From the IMG/VR virus record IMGVR_UViG_3300031772_002739, positions 1-64,000 of that record: 64,000 bases of DNA; one strand, given 5' to 3'. Of this stretch, positions 30,341-40,274 are shown in pieces. Origin of the DNA: a virus. The translations under genes and the position numbers were made by a program. Position 1 is the stretch's first letter. The number at the start of each line of letters is the position of its first letter. Below the pieces are notes generated by a model that ran no database searches, had not been told where the DNA came from, and saw only the letters and a list, made by a program, of their open reading frames with translations.

Positions 30341-31243
30341 ATGCCTATTAATACAGATGCAATCAAAGCACGTCTCAAATCCCTCGAAAAGAAAGACAAA
30401 AAAACAAAAGACGCTATTTGGCGCCCCACTGAAGGAAAACAAATAATTCGAATCGTTCCCAATCAACATAATCTATCGAATCCATTCATAGAATTGAAGT
30501 TTCATTATAACTTTGTTGGAAAGAATTATCTTAGTCCGGCTAGCTTTGGCAAGCCAGATCCGATAGTTGAATGTGCAGAAAGAATGAAAAGAAGCGGCGA
30601 CAAGAAACAGTGGTTCGCTGGCCGCAATCTCGAACCTAAGATGAGAACGTTCGCTCCTGTTGTAGTTCGTGGTGAAGAGGAAAGGGGCGTTCGACTCTGG
30701 GGTTTTGGTGTCACAATCTACAAACAATTGTTAGATATGATCAGCGATTCTGAATATGGTGATATCACCGACTTGAATGAAGGTATTGATATCGATGTCA
30801 CTTTTGTCAAAGAACCTGTTGGTAAACAATATCCAGAAACAACGATTAAACCAAAACGTAAATCTAGTCCTGTAATCGATCCAAAACATCCGAAGGTTAA
30901 GGAACTGATGACACTCGTTACGGAAAAACAACCAAATATTTTGGAAGTTTATGAACCAGCTACATACGAAGAGTTGGCTACGGCTCTTGAAGAATATCTC
31001 AAAAAGAGTTCTGAGGGCGAAGCTGAGGAACCAGCAGAAACCAATGTTGCCGAACCAAGTGAAGAACAGCTTGATAAGGCTGGTGCGCCAACTGTTAAAC
31101 CAGTAGAACCCGTGGTTAAAGTAGATGTCACCGAAAAAGAATCCGTTACGGAAGAAGTAAAATCTCCTAGCGCCGAAACTGCAAAAGGTAATGTGGATGA
31201 ATATACAAAGGCATTCGCTAATATCTTTGATGATCAAAAGTAA
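30341..31243 (+). CDS. Single-stranded DNA-binding protein (T4 gp32-like)
   Basis: WRP..IRIVP, GVRLWGFG..IYKQL, YGDITD..G.DI; acidic tail ending FANIFDDQK. Confidence 0.88.
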   Translation: MPINTDAIKARLKSLEKKDKKTKDAIWRPTEGKQIIRIVPNQHNLSNPFIELKFHYNFVGKNYLSPASFGKPDPIVECAERMKRSGDKKQWFAGRNLEPKMRTFAPVVVRGEEERGVRLWGFGVTIYKQLLDMISDSEYGDITDLNEGIDIDVTFVKEPVGKQYPETTIKPKRKSSPVIDPKHPKVKELMTLVTEKQPNILEVYEPATYEELATALEEYLKKSSEGEAEEPAETNVAEPSEEQLDKAGAPTVKPVEPVVKVDVTEKESVTEEVKSPSAETAKGNVDEYTKAFANIFDDQK

Positions 31244-31256
31244 AATAACTTGAAAC

Positions 31257-31280
31257 GGTGCCCAAGGATGGGCATCTTTT
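31257..31280 (+). terminator. Rho-independent terminator
   Basis: GGTGCCCA-agga-TGGGCATC-TTTT. Confidence 0.7.
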
Positions 31281-31307
31281 CATGTACATTTTTGAAAGGA
31301 AATTTCT

Positions 31308-32480
31308 ATGAAAAAATCTTCTACGCATGTGGAACATACAGTTGGGTCCACTGATAAAATTGAACGGGATGAACTAGCTCAACTTATAGCTGATTCTTTG
31401 AACAAAGTATCTAAAGAAGGAAAAATAGCCTATTTTTTGGATGAACAGGAAGATCCATCTATGGTTGTAGATTGGATATCCACCGGCTCTACACTTTTGG
31501 ATTTGGCTATTTCAAACAGGCCCCGCGGCGGTCAACCTGTTGGTCGTATGGTAGAGTTGAATGGGTTGGAAGGAACCGGAAAATCTCTTATCGCTGCTCA
31601 TTTATTAGCTAGCACTCAAAAGAAGGGTGGTATCGCTGTTATGATTGATTGTGAAACCTCCGCGGCGCCACAATTTTGGACCGCTGTTGGAGTAAACCTT
31701 AAGAACTTAATATATGCCCCTCTTACGACAGTAGAAGAGATATTCAAGTATATTGAAAATATTGTTGGTATAGTTAGGAAGGCAAATAAAGATAGATTAC
31801 TGACCATCGTAGTAGATTCTGTGGCTGGAGCTTCAACTGAAAAAGAATTGGAATCCGAACACGGAGTAGATGGATACAATACGGCTAAATCGATCATTAT
31901 ATCCAAAGCTATGAGAAAGATTACTAATCTCATAGGTGAACAACGAGTGTTGATTGTATTTACCAACCAGCTTCGTATGAATATGAACGCTATGGCGTTT
32001 GGAGATAAGTATGTTGTTCCCGGCGGCAAGGCTCTCGCGTATCATTGTTCTGTTCGTGTTCGTCTTAATAGTATCGCCAAAATAAAAAAAGATGATGAAA
32101 TTGTTGGTATACACTGTAAAGCTCAAGTGGTGAAGAACCGTCTTGGTCCTCCACATCGAACTGCGGAGTTTGATATTTTCTTTGATTCTGGTATTCAAGA
32201 TCTTAAGAGTTGGTTGGAGTTTTTAAAGAAACAGGGTGTGGCAAAGGCAGCTGGGGCAACTTATAAGATTAAGTTAAATGAGGAAGAGTATTCTTTGTCT
32301 GCTGCTGAATTTGTCGATAAGGTCAATACCGATGAAAAGTTTAAAGAAGAAGTCTACAAATATATTTGTGATACGTATATTATGAAATATCGCGACCCAA
32401 ATTCTAAAATTGATGAAAACACTACTGAATCTTCGGAAGATGATGAAAATTCAGAAGTCAGTTCCCAAGAAGATGAATAA
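31308..32480 (+). CDS. recA: RecA/UvsX recombinase
   Basis: ISTGS..LD.A, GLEGTGKS, IVVDSVA, FTNQLR, PGGKAL, VKNRLGPP. Confidence 0.93.
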   Translation: MKKSSTHVEHTVGSTDKIERDELAQLIADSLNKVSKEGKIAYFLDEQEDPSMVVDWISTGSTLLDLAISNRPRGGQPVGRMVELNGLEGTGKSLIAAHLLASTQKKGGIAVMIDCETSAAPQFWTAVGVNLKNLIYAPLTTVEEIFKYIENIVGIVRKANKDRLLTIVVDSVAGASTEKELESEHGVDGYNTAKSIIISKAMRKITNLIGEQRVLIVFTNQLRMNMNAMAFGDKYVVPGGKALAYHCSVRVRLNSIAKIKKDDEIVGIHCKAQVVKNRLGPPHRTAEFDIFFDSGIQDLKSWLEFLKKQGVAKAAGATYKIKLNEEEYSLSAAEFVDKVNTDEKFKEEVYKYICDTYIMKYRDPNSKIDENTTESSEDDENSEVSSQEDE

Positions 32481-32492
32481 TAAAAACGTTTT

Positions 32493-32624
32493 ATGTTAAC
32501 AAATTCAGAAAAAAATACGATATTTTCCGTTTGGGAAAATATAAAAAAAGAGAAAGAAAATGCCATCGCTAATGGAATAACTTCTATTCAGAGGAATAGT
32601 GTTCTATTAGTCGATGGCTACTGA
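32493..32624 (+). CDS. N-terminal fragment (43 aa) of 5'-3' exonuclease, ending VLLVDGY-stop
   Basis: Not in the ORF track; ATG 32493 reads MLTNSEK...RNSVLLVDGY-TGA, the first catalytic strand of the FEN/PolI 5' nuclease. Confidence 0.75.
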   Translation: MLTNSEKNTIFSVWENIKKEKENAIANGITSIQRNSVLLVDGY

Positions 32625-33570
32625 CAATACTTTTTTGCGGGCATTTTGTTCTTTAGGAACGATGAACGAAGATGGATTACACACCGGTGGCATATCCGGG
32701 TTTTTGAAGAGTGTGGGATATGCCATCAAACTTCTCAAGCCTGAACGTTGCGTCATTGTATTTGATGGTCCTGGAGGATCTTTAAAACGGAGAAAAATTT
32801 ACCCAGAGTATAAAGATCACAAAAAGACAAAAATTCGTTTAAACAGGATTTACGAAGATGATATTGGTTTGGATGGAGAAGAAAAAAATCTCAAGAAACA
32901 ACTACAGAGGTTAGTATCATATCTTTCCATACTTCCTGTTCATATGTTGTCGTTGGATCACGTAGAAGCGGATGATACAATGGCATACTGTGCATTGGAC
33001 TGCTTCAAAAATTGGGGTGTGTATTTAATGTCGTCGGATAAGGATTTTCTACAATTGGTGGATGATAGAGTAAAGGTATGGAGTCCCACTAGAAAGAAAT
33101 TATATTCTCCTCAAGATGTGTTAAATGAATATGGAATACATCCAAAAAACTTTGTTATTTATCGAGCTTTGGATGGTGATACTTCTGATAATATTCCTGG
33201 GGTTAAAGGGTGTGGGTTAAAAACTATTATAAAATATTTTCCATTTTTATCAGAGGATAGAAAAGTGGAAGTGTCAGAAGTTTTAAAACATTGTGAGAAA
33301 AATATAAATAGTGGTAAGAAGATTTATCAAAAAATATTAGATAATAAATCGGATGTAGACAGAAATTTTGAGTTAATGCAGTTGGTAGATACTGCAATTC
33401 AGACACATGCTCAGTTGAAAGTCAATGAAATATTGGATACTCAAAAACCGAAAATGAATAGATATGAATTTATTACGTTAATGTCCGAAGATAAAATGTT
33501 GAATAATATACCAAATTCTAATTTTTGGCTTAATGAGGTATTTACTAAACTTGATTATTTTATAAAATAA
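32614..33570 (+). CDS. 5'-3' exonuclease / T4 RNase H-like flap nuclease, main fragment
   Basis: NTFLRAF, VFDG, R..IYPEYK, EADD, SSDKDFLQL, GDTSDNIPGVKGCGLKT. Confidence 0.9.
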   Translation: MATDNTFLRAFCSLGTMNEDGLHTGGISGFLKSVGYAIKLLKPERCVIVFDGPGGSLKRRKIYPEYKDHKKTKIRLNRIYEDDIGLDGEEKNLKKQLQRLVSYLSILPVHMLSLDHVEADDTMAYCALDCFKNWGVYLMSSDKDFLQLVDDRVKVWSPTRKKLYSPQDVLNEYGIHPKNFVIYRALDGDTSDNIPGVKGCGLKTIIKYFPFLSEDRKVEVSEVLKHCEKNINSGKKIYQKILDNKSDVDRNFELMQLVDTAIQTHAQLKVNEILDTQKPKMNRYEFITLMSEDKMLNNIPNSNFWLNEVFTKLDYFIK

Positions 33571-33665
33571 CTATATGAATAAAAAAATGAATCGTAGTGT
33601 TCGTAGGAAGATTATGCAATATTTACATATAGACGAAGAATTATCAACGTTCAAACAGAATAAAT

Positions 33666-34064
33666 ATGAATTTCTTCAAGTTCAAAACAGCGGAACTAGT
33701 GAATTATGTAGTGGCGATTAGTAAAATTGCAGAAGAAAATGTGGAGGGATATTGTTTGAATCCAGGTTCCACTACTCCTGTTATAAGATTATCAAAAAAT
33801 TTAATTAACCACAATAGAGCCAGAAGGCAACTGGCTATTATTTTGGAGGAAATGCTTCATGCTCACGCATTTCCACTGACTGAAAAAGTAGTAAGAAAAT
33901 ATGCTGCTAATACCTCTAAACTATTATATAAGTTTGGATGGCGTTGGCAAAAAGAAGATGACGTAAAAATGGTTATTTCAAAAAGGAAAAATAATGCGAA
34001 AAAGAAAAACGGAAAAACAGTTAGATCAAGACAAAAAAGGGCGGGAAAGAACTCGCAGATATGA
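33666..34064 (+). CDS. Hypothetical protein (zincin-like EEMLHAH motif)
   Basis: 132 aa; GYC..I.L..LAIILEEMLHA resembles minimal phage metallopeptidase-like proteins. Confidence 0.4.
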   Translation: MNFFKFKTAELVNYVVAISKIAEENVEGYCLNPGSTTPVIRLSKNLINHNRARRQLAIILEEMLHAHAFPLTEKVVRKYAANTSKLLYKFGWRWQKEDDVKMVISKRKNNAKKKNGKTVRSRQKRAGKNSQI

Positions 34065-34239
34065 AGAAAAACAAAAGGTGGAAGAAGTTAGAAAAGAGGA
34101 AACGAAACTCACAAAAGAAAACGACGACGGCATAAGAGCGCAAAAGTTTTATGAAAAGATTGAGAATGGAGAATGGGAGGAAAAATATAAATCTTATAAA
34201 GTGGATGAAAACGGAAAGTTTCTTCGTTGGGTAGATTAA
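33994..34239 (+). CDS. Hypothetical charged protein
   Basis: 81 aa with AAGGA RBS; ends just before a terminator. Confidence 0.5.
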   Translation: MRKRKTEKQLDQDKKGRERTRRYEEKQKVEEVRKEETKLTKENDDGIRAQKFYEKIENGEWEEKYKSYKVDENGKFLRWVD

Positions 34240-34240
34240 G

Positions 34241-34264
34241 AGGGGTTGGTTTTTGCCAACCCCC
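34241..34264. terminator. Hairpin between convergent genes
   Basis: GGGGTTGG-tttttg-CCAACCCC. Confidence 0.65.
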
Positions 34265-34303
34265 ATTCCCCATTTTGTTTTTGCCGATGTGCCTGTATAG
34301 AAA

Positions 34304-35146
34304 TTAACCTGCCCATCCTTTGGGCGGCTTAGCGTACTTTTCAGTAAAACTTTTAGGAAAAGAGACTTTCGTTTCGTTTGTAAGAGGAACTCCCATTTCC
34401 ACTAAAGATTCTCTGCTTGCATAATAAATATCAAGAGATAACAACAATTCTCCCTTTTCAAAATTAACTTCTACTACTTTTTGTTCTTTTTTCTGACCCC
34501 ATCCGGTTTCCATGTTAAACCCAGAGGGTTTTAAGGATGCTCTTAACATAGATATGTCCGATGTGTCACAAGCGTATGTTGGGTCGCCGGAAGATAACTT
34601 CATATATTCGGTATCATTGTCTCTGTAACACCACATATCATCCTGCGGAGTAGTAAGAGAGTCATCATTGTTAAAATCCGGATCACAACAAGTTATATAA
34701 GGATAATTCCAATATGGATCTTTTGGAGATGGTATATGCTCTTCGTTTTTTATAACTATATGAGGATATATTTTTTCATTAAATATTCTTATTCCGATGA
34801 CGCCTCTATTTTTTTCCAATTCATTTCCTTTTTCAGATACATACCCCCCTCCTTTTGATGTGAATTTGAATGCTCCTACGTGATCATCAGAATATCTGAA
34901 TCCTTTAACTTTTAATGGATGATACGAGTCTATTACATATCCAGTACCATCTTCACTGGCTGGATTTCCATCCATAACGGATAACCCATCTACGGAACCA
35001 ACAACTAAAACTCTGTTATAGGTGTTGTTTTTTATTTCTATTTCATATTCGGAACCTTCCTTGGCTTCTACGTATATTTTTCCTTCGTGATGATACTGTT
35101 TGCAACGATTGCCGTTGACTAGAATGTTGATGTCGAAATTTGGCAT
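34304..35146 (-). CDS. Hypothetical protein (beta-sandwich N-terminus)
   Basis: 280 aa; EY.IEIKNN..RVLVV.SVDGLSVMDG, GVIGIRIF.E, METGWG; AAGGT RBS. Confidence 0.7.
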   Translation of the reverse strand: MPNFDINILVNGNRCKQYHHEGKIYVEAKEGSEYEIEIKNNTYNRVLVVGSVDGLSVMDGNPASEDGTGYVIDSYHPLKVKGFRYSDDHVGAFKFTSKGGGYVSEKGNELEKNRGVIGIRIFNEKIYPHIVIKNEEHIPSPKDPYWNYPYITCCDPDFNNDDSLTTPQDDMWCYRDNDTEYMKLSSGDPTYACDTSDISMLRASLKPSGFNMETGWGQKKEQKVVEVNFEKGELLLSLDIYYASRESLVEMGVPLTNETKVSFPKSFTEKYAKPPKGWAG

Positions 35147-35396
35147 AATCTTACCTTTCTATTTTTATTTTAATTTATAGTAAAGCGGTCCATACAACCG
35201 ATTTCGATTAATACATATCTACGGGAATATGTTTTCTCTCAAAAATATTTTACGATAAATAATCCCCGACGATATTTTTCATTAACGAGTTTATATTTGT
35301 ACTTTACACCGAGACATAAAAACTTCACCTCGGTATAATATGTTTACATTCGTCGGATGGTGAAGTATTGTTACCGACAACTGTAAAGGAGAATTT

Positions 35397-36806
35397 ATGG
35401 CAGATCAAGATGTTGATAATCTTAAAAAATACGGGCCCGAATTTCAGACAAAATGTATTTCAAGTATCTTATCGGACAAAGCTTTCATAGAGAGAATTTT
35501 TGATATACTTCATACCGATTATTTTGAGTCGGATTCAAATAAATGGATAGTAGAACAGATAATGAGTTATTTCATTCAGTATAAAGAATTGCCTACACTA
35601 AACGTTTTTAAAGTAAAAATAGATGGTATTGACAATGAAGTGTTAAAGAAATCCACCATCGAACAATTGCGTTCAGTATATGCTAAACTTACCGATTCGG
35701 ATATCAAGTTTGTCAAAGAACAATTTTTGGAATTTTGTAGAAATCAGAAACTAAAATGTGCTATTATACAATCGGTGGATTATTTGAAACTTGGTCAATA
35801 TGATAGTATCAAGTGTGTAGTGGATGATGCTCTTAAAGCGGGAATGGAAAGAAATTTGGGACATAATTATAAAGAGGATATTGATGTTCGCATGAGTTCT
35901 ACAGCTAGAGATTGCGTTCTAACTAACTGGCCTATTATTGATACACTAATGGACGGTGGGTTGGCCAGAGGAGAACTTGGGTTTATTGTGGGCCCTACCG
36001 GTTCAGGAAAATCGTGGCTATTGGCTCGCCTTGGAGCTGAAGCTATGAAACAAGGAAAAAATGTTATTCATTTTACATTAGAGTTAAATGAAAATTATGT
36101 TGGACTTCGTTACGATTGTTGTTTCACTGGTATCGATTTTCAGGATATAAGAAACCACATCGATACGGTCAGACAGAAGATTGATAAGAAGTTTGTGCCT
36201 GGCCAATTGTTTATCAAAAATTATCCAAGTAAATCCGTCTCTCCTCATATATTGAAGCTTTATGTTGAAAGATTGCAGATGATTTCTAGCGTTAAGATAG
36301 ATTTAATTGTGGTTGATTATGCTGACTTGTTAAAGCCGTTAAATGCGGAGAGGAACTCCAATTCTTATAGTGAAGCTGGTAGTGTATATGAAGAATTAAG
36401 AACGGTCGCCGGGGAATTACAGGTTCCCATTTGGTCTGCCTCCCAAGCTCATCGGGCTGCGCACGAAGAAGACGTTATTCAAGCTCATAACGTGGCCGAT
36501 TCTTATAGAAAAATTATGGTGGGTGATTTCGTGTTGTCTTTATCACGAAAGATGGAAGATAAGGCTGCTCAAACCGCTCGTATTCATGTCATCAAAAATA
36601 GATTTGGTCAAGATGGATTAACATTTCCAACGCTTTTCAACTCTTCGAATGGTGATGTTCGAGTTCATGATCCGAGTTCAAAAGAAGGGATGGAACTTCA
36701 AAGAAAGATGGGAGATTCAGGCGATGCCGTAAAAGATATTATTGGCGGTCATTGGAAAAAGATTAAGCAACGTAATAATAATGGAACCGATAACGATTCG
36801 GATTGA
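35397..36806 (+). CDS. Replicative DnaB/T4 gp41-like helicase
   Basis: GGL.RGEL..GPTGSGKS, HFTLEL, IVVDYADLL, PIWSASQ, ADSY, KNRFG. Confidence 0.92.
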   Translation: MADQDVDNLKKYGPEFQTKCISSILSDKAFIERIFDILHTDYFESDSNKWIVEQIMSYFIQYKELPTLNVFKVKIDGIDNEVLKKSTIEQLRSVYAKLTDSDIKFVKEQFLEFCRNQKLKCAIIQSVDYLKLGQYDSIKCVVDDALKAGMERNLGHNYKEDIDVRMSSTARDCVLTNWPIIDTLMDGGLARGELGFIVGPTGSGKSWLLARLGAEAMKQGKNVIHFTLELNENYVGLRYDCCFTGIDFQDIRNHIDTVRQKIDKKFVPGQLFIKNYPSKSVSPHILKLYVERLQMISSVKIDLIVVDYADLLKPLNAERNSNSYSEAGSVYEELRTVAGELQVPIWSASQAHRAAHEEDVIQAHNVADSYRKIMVGDFVLSLSRKMEDKAAQTARIHVIKNRFGQDGLTFPTLFNSSNGDVRVHDPSSKEGMELQRKMGDSGDAVKDIIGGHWKKIKQRNNNGTDNDSD

Positions 36807-36851
36807 TTTATTTTAAGGTTATTTTAACAATGGAATTTTTAAGGACTGGAT

Positions 36852-39485
36852 ATGAATAAAATTAGTGTGAGGTTTGATGATGTAAAAGATCAGACAACAG
36901 AAGAGTATTTTAAAGGAAATAAGTTTTCAATAGACGCGTTTCGTAAAAAGTATTCCATAAACGATTCAGAGACTTATGTTCAGGCTTTGAAACGGGTGTG
37001 TGATTATATTGCATCAGTTGAAAAAACCGACGAATTGCGAAAATGTTGGAGCGAACGTTGGTTTGATGAAATAGCCCAAGGTTGGTGGCATCCAGCCGGT
37101 TCCATCATGCAAGGTGCCGGATCTAATAGAAAAATTAGCCTGGCAAATTGCACGACTATATCTCTTGGTGCTCTACGTGATGATGAAGAATGGGATAATC
37201 TTGAATCCATCGTTAGAAATACAGCATATACAGTAGCTAAATGTGCCGCTTATAGGCAGGGACTTGGTGTAGATTTTTCCCGCCTACGCCCCAGTGGAAC
37301 CAAACTTTTGAATTCAGCTAATATTTCCACCGGCCCTATTCATTGGATGAAGTTTATAGACGATATAGCATATTACGTAGGTCAAAAAGGAAGAATTCCC
37401 GCGTTTTTGTTTTCGTTAAATATCAACCACCCAAGCGTGGAAGAATTTATCACGTCTAAGAGCGATTATACCAAAATACAAAATGCCAACATATCTGTTC
37501 AACTTACAGAGGTGTTTTATAAAGCTGTTGAAGACGATAAGGATTGGGAAATGTCCTTTGTTACTCCGGAGGTCAAAAGAGGAGATAAAGTTTATATTGA
37601 TGAACACAGCGTAGATAAAGATAGCCACAGAGAAAAGGAAACGGGCAAGTGGTATAAACTCGCTACTCACACCAAGGAAGAAGAAAAAACCTCCAAAGTG
37701 GTAAAGGCCAGAAAGTTGATGGAACTAATTGCTAAAAGTATGTGCAGTCACGCCGAGCCAGGAATACAAAATATTGATATCGCTCGAAAGTATTCCAATT
37801 CGGATTACATGTATGATCCTAATGATGAATATGATAGTAGAATTATTGGTACAAATGCGTGCAGCGAACAATACCTCTCTAGAGAAAGCTTATGCGTACT
37901 AGCTTCTCTTAATGTAGGAAGATTTTCAGGTATAAAAGAAATTTATATGACGCAGCTGGAAAGGATCGCTCCGTCAATGAATAGATTTTTGGATAACGTC
38001 AATGAGTGTGAGTTGGTGTATCAAACTTACGCCACTCCACATCAGAAAATGGCGATTGAAAAACTTCGCAGAATAGGTGCTGGAATAACCAATCTTGTTG
38101 AATGGTTATTTAGAAAAAAACTTATCTATGGAACTACAGAAGCTAATAACGAGACAGAAGAGTTTGTTAAATACTTCAATTATTGGCTTTATGTTGGTTC
38201 TGAACAACTTGGTCGTGAAAAAGGAAATTTTGGATTATTTAAAAAAGATAAGTGGAATGTTTCTCCGTTTGTAGTTAGAACTATTGAAGAGTCGAAAAGG
38301 ATTGCCGAGCAGTTTAAAACGCCTATATTAAAAGGAACCCACGCTAGAAATGTTACTTGTTCGTCTATTGCTCCAACGGGAACGCTTTCACTTATGTTCC
38401 GTGATATGGTTATGAGTTATGGTATTGAACCTGCTTTTTTCTTGTATTTTTGGAAACGAACAAGAATGTCGGGTAAGTATGAATATTATTTTTGCGTCCC
38501 AAAAGCAGTAAAAGATGCTTTTGGAGAAGCTGGGGTTCCGATACCCATGCAATCGGACACAATCCAAGATGATTGGGATGGAAAACATGGAAAATCTATT
38601 GCAAAGTTTATTGATGAAAACTTGGAAAAAGTTGGTATAAAGAAATTTAAAACTTCCACTGAAATCGATCCTATGGATAAATTGCAGATGATGTCACAAG
38701 TGATGAAATGGGTTGATTCATCTATTTCGACTACCTATCTTTTGCCAGACGGATCAGATTGGAAACTGGTTCAGAAGTTTGTTTTGGAATCCCATAAAAA
38801 AGAAGTTAAATCTATAGCCGCATTTCCTGATAAGAAAATGTATGGAATCGTCACTTCTATCTCTTTCAAAGATCTAGCGATCAAGTTGAAAGAAGAAGGT
38901 ATTGTTATACATCCTCAGAATTTTTCGGATGATGAATTAAAAGAATTAAATATTTCAAGGCAAGAAATAAACACCAATTGTAGTGGTGCTCCAAAACGAT
39001 TACATACGTTAGAGGCTGATATTTATACGGTGGTGGTGAAAGGTCAAAAATTCGTAATAGTGATAGGGATGCAAAACGGAAAACCGTATGAAATTTTTGG
39101 CGGCCATCTGGATGGATTGGGATTGAAATGTCCTCACAAAAAAGGAAAAATTACGAGGGTGAAGAAATCTCAATATTCTCTTGAGTTTGATGATATAACA
39201 ATTGAAGATTTTTCTAAACAATTTACACCAACAGAACAGATTCTCTTTCGTTTGGCTTCTACAAGTCTTAGACACGGTGTTCCTATAATATTTGTAGTTG
39301 ACCAACTTCAAAAAGCTACGGAGGATATAACTTCTATGGCATCTGCTGCAGCTAGAGTGTTAAAAAAATACATAATTGATGGTGAAACTGCTCATGGTCA
39401 GAACTGCCCATCGTGCGGTCACATTCTGGTGTATATTGATGGTTGTGTGTCTTGCGGAAATTGTGGATACTCCAGATGTAATTAA
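36852..39485 (+). CDS. nrdJ: Class II (adenosylcobalamin-dependent) ribonucleotide reductase
   Basis: SLANC, G.GVDFS.LRP.G, NANISV, AEPG, TNACSEQ, CVLASLN, SIAPTGTLS; C-terminal TSCPD-like domain and CPSC..C..CGYSRC ribbon; no nrdB nearby. Confidence 0.88.
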   Translation: MNKISVRFDDVKDQTTEEYFKGNKFSIDAFRKKYSINDSETYVQALKRVCDYIASVEKTDELRKCWSERWFDEIAQGWWHPAGSIMQGAGSNRKISLANCTTISLGALRDDEEWDNLESIVRNTAYTVAKCAAYRQGLGVDFSRLRPSGTKLLNSANISTGPIHWMKFIDDIAYYVGQKGRIPAFLFSLNINHPSVEEFITSKSDYTKIQNANISVQLTEVFYKAVEDDKDWEMSFVTPEVKRGDKVYIDEHSVDKDSHREKETGKWYKLATHTKEEEKTSKVVKARKLMELIAKSMCSHAEPGIQNIDIARKYSNSDYMYDPNDEYDSRIIGTNACSEQYLSRESLCVLASLNVGRFSGIKEIYMTQLERIAPSMNRFLDNVNECELVYQTYATPHQKMAIEKLRRIGAGITNLVEWLFRKKLIYGTTEANNETEEFVKYFNYWLYVGSEQLGREKGNFGLFKKDKWNVSPFVVRTIEESKRIAEQFKTPILKGTHARNVTCSSIAPTGTLSLMFRDMVMSYGIEPAFFLYFWKRTRMSGKYEYYFCVPKAVKDAFGEAGVPIPMQSDTIQDDWDGKHGKSIAKFIDENLEKVGIKKFKTSTEIDPMDKLQMMSQVMKWVDSSISTTYLLPDGSDWKLVQKFVLESHKKEVKSIAAFPDKKMYGIVTSISFKDLAIKLKEEGIVIHPQNFSDDELKELNISRQEINTNCSGAPKRLHTLEADIYTVVVKGQKFVIVIGMQNGKPYEIFGGHLDGLGLKCPHKKGKITRVKKSQYSLEFDDITIEDFSKQFTPTEQILFRLASTSLRHGVPIIFVVDQLQKATEDITSMASAAARVLKKYIIDGETAHGQNCPSCGHILVYIDGCVSCGNCGYSRCN

Positions 39486-39537
39486 AATCAAAGAACTTCC
39501 ATTTATTCTAAAGTTTTATATATTTATATGTTGATAT

Positions 39538-39915
39538 ATGGTAATCGAACTCACAACAGTATTAGAAATAATCCCTCCTATAATCGCTGCGGTAGTAACT
39601 TACATTATCGCCAGTAAAAAAGCCAAGATTCAATATGCTAAAATGATGACGGATATTCAAAGTAAAGCTATTCAAACTGTCGTGAGTGAAGAAGAAAAAA
39701 TGCGTAAAGAAATTTGGGAAGAACTGAAAATCGTTAGAAAAGAAAACGAATTTCTTAGACTGGAAATCTCTGAAATTAACAAAAAATTGTATAATTCTGG
39801 AGAATTGGTAGAAACATTGAGAGAAGAAATCGCCGTGCTTAAATCTTCTATTGCAGTTTATAAAGAAGAATTGAATCGTAAAGATAAACGAATAACGGAA
39901 TTAGAAACGATATAA
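39538..39915 (+). CDS. Membrane-anchored coiled-coil protein (holin/spanin-like candidate)
   Basis: N-terminal hydrophobic IIPPIIAAVVTYIIA followed by a long coiled coil; TATTTATA upstream. Confidence 0.45.
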   Translation: MVIELTTVLEIIPPIIAAVVTYIIASKKAKIQYAKMMTDIQSKAIQTVVSEEEKMRKEIWEELKIVRKENEFLRLEISEINKKLYNSGELVETLREEIAVLKSSIAVYKEELNRKDKRITELETI

Positions 39916-39928
39916 GGAGAGTAATGAT

Positions 39929-40243
39929 ATGAATTCAAAACGTCAACAAAAGGTGTTCATTGTTAATGAAGTAGAGACTGATATTCCGCAAGCTGAAAAA
40001 GAAGTTTTGATTCACCACTCCGACGCCTCAATAGATACCTACACAGATTATAAAAAATTATTGTATAAATTACACAAAAGTTTCAAATTTCAATACGCAA
40101 TTGGTATTATTCATGAAAATGGTTCCAAGGCTAAACCATCAGTCATATCAAGTTTTGTAAGACAATTGAGCCCAGAAATACGGATTATCATCTATAATTC
40201 AATTGACGGTTTGAAACAACAACTTCAAGAAATAAAAATTTGA
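39929..40243 (+). CDS. Hypothetical protein, degenerate receiver-domain-like
   Basis: KVFIVNE..IDTY..FQYAIGII..VRQLSPEIRIIIY pattern; AGGAG RBS. Confidence 0.4.
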   Translation: MNSKRQQKVFIVNEVETDIPQAEKEVLIHHSDASIDTYTDYKKLLYKLHKSFKFQYAIGIIHENGSKAKPSVISSFVRQLSPEIRIIIYNSIDGLKQQLQEIKI

Positions 40244-40268
40244 CATTAGTAGTTGAATCGGTTATGTT
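40240..40268 (+). promoter_or_regulatory. sigma70-type promoter
   Basis: TTGACA-N17-TATGTT, 6 nt before ATG 40275. Confidence 0.7.
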
Positions 40269-40274
40269 ATCAAC

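Noticed and set aside
32622-32624. TGA reassignment (alternative genetic code) explaining the exonuclease break
   Set aside because: Read-through stays in the wrong frame; many genes end normally in TGA and long ORFs are intact under the standard code
33575-33721. 48-codon ORF overlapping the start of 33666
   Set aside because: Short, no motif, overlaps a longer ORF in another frame; cannot be supported
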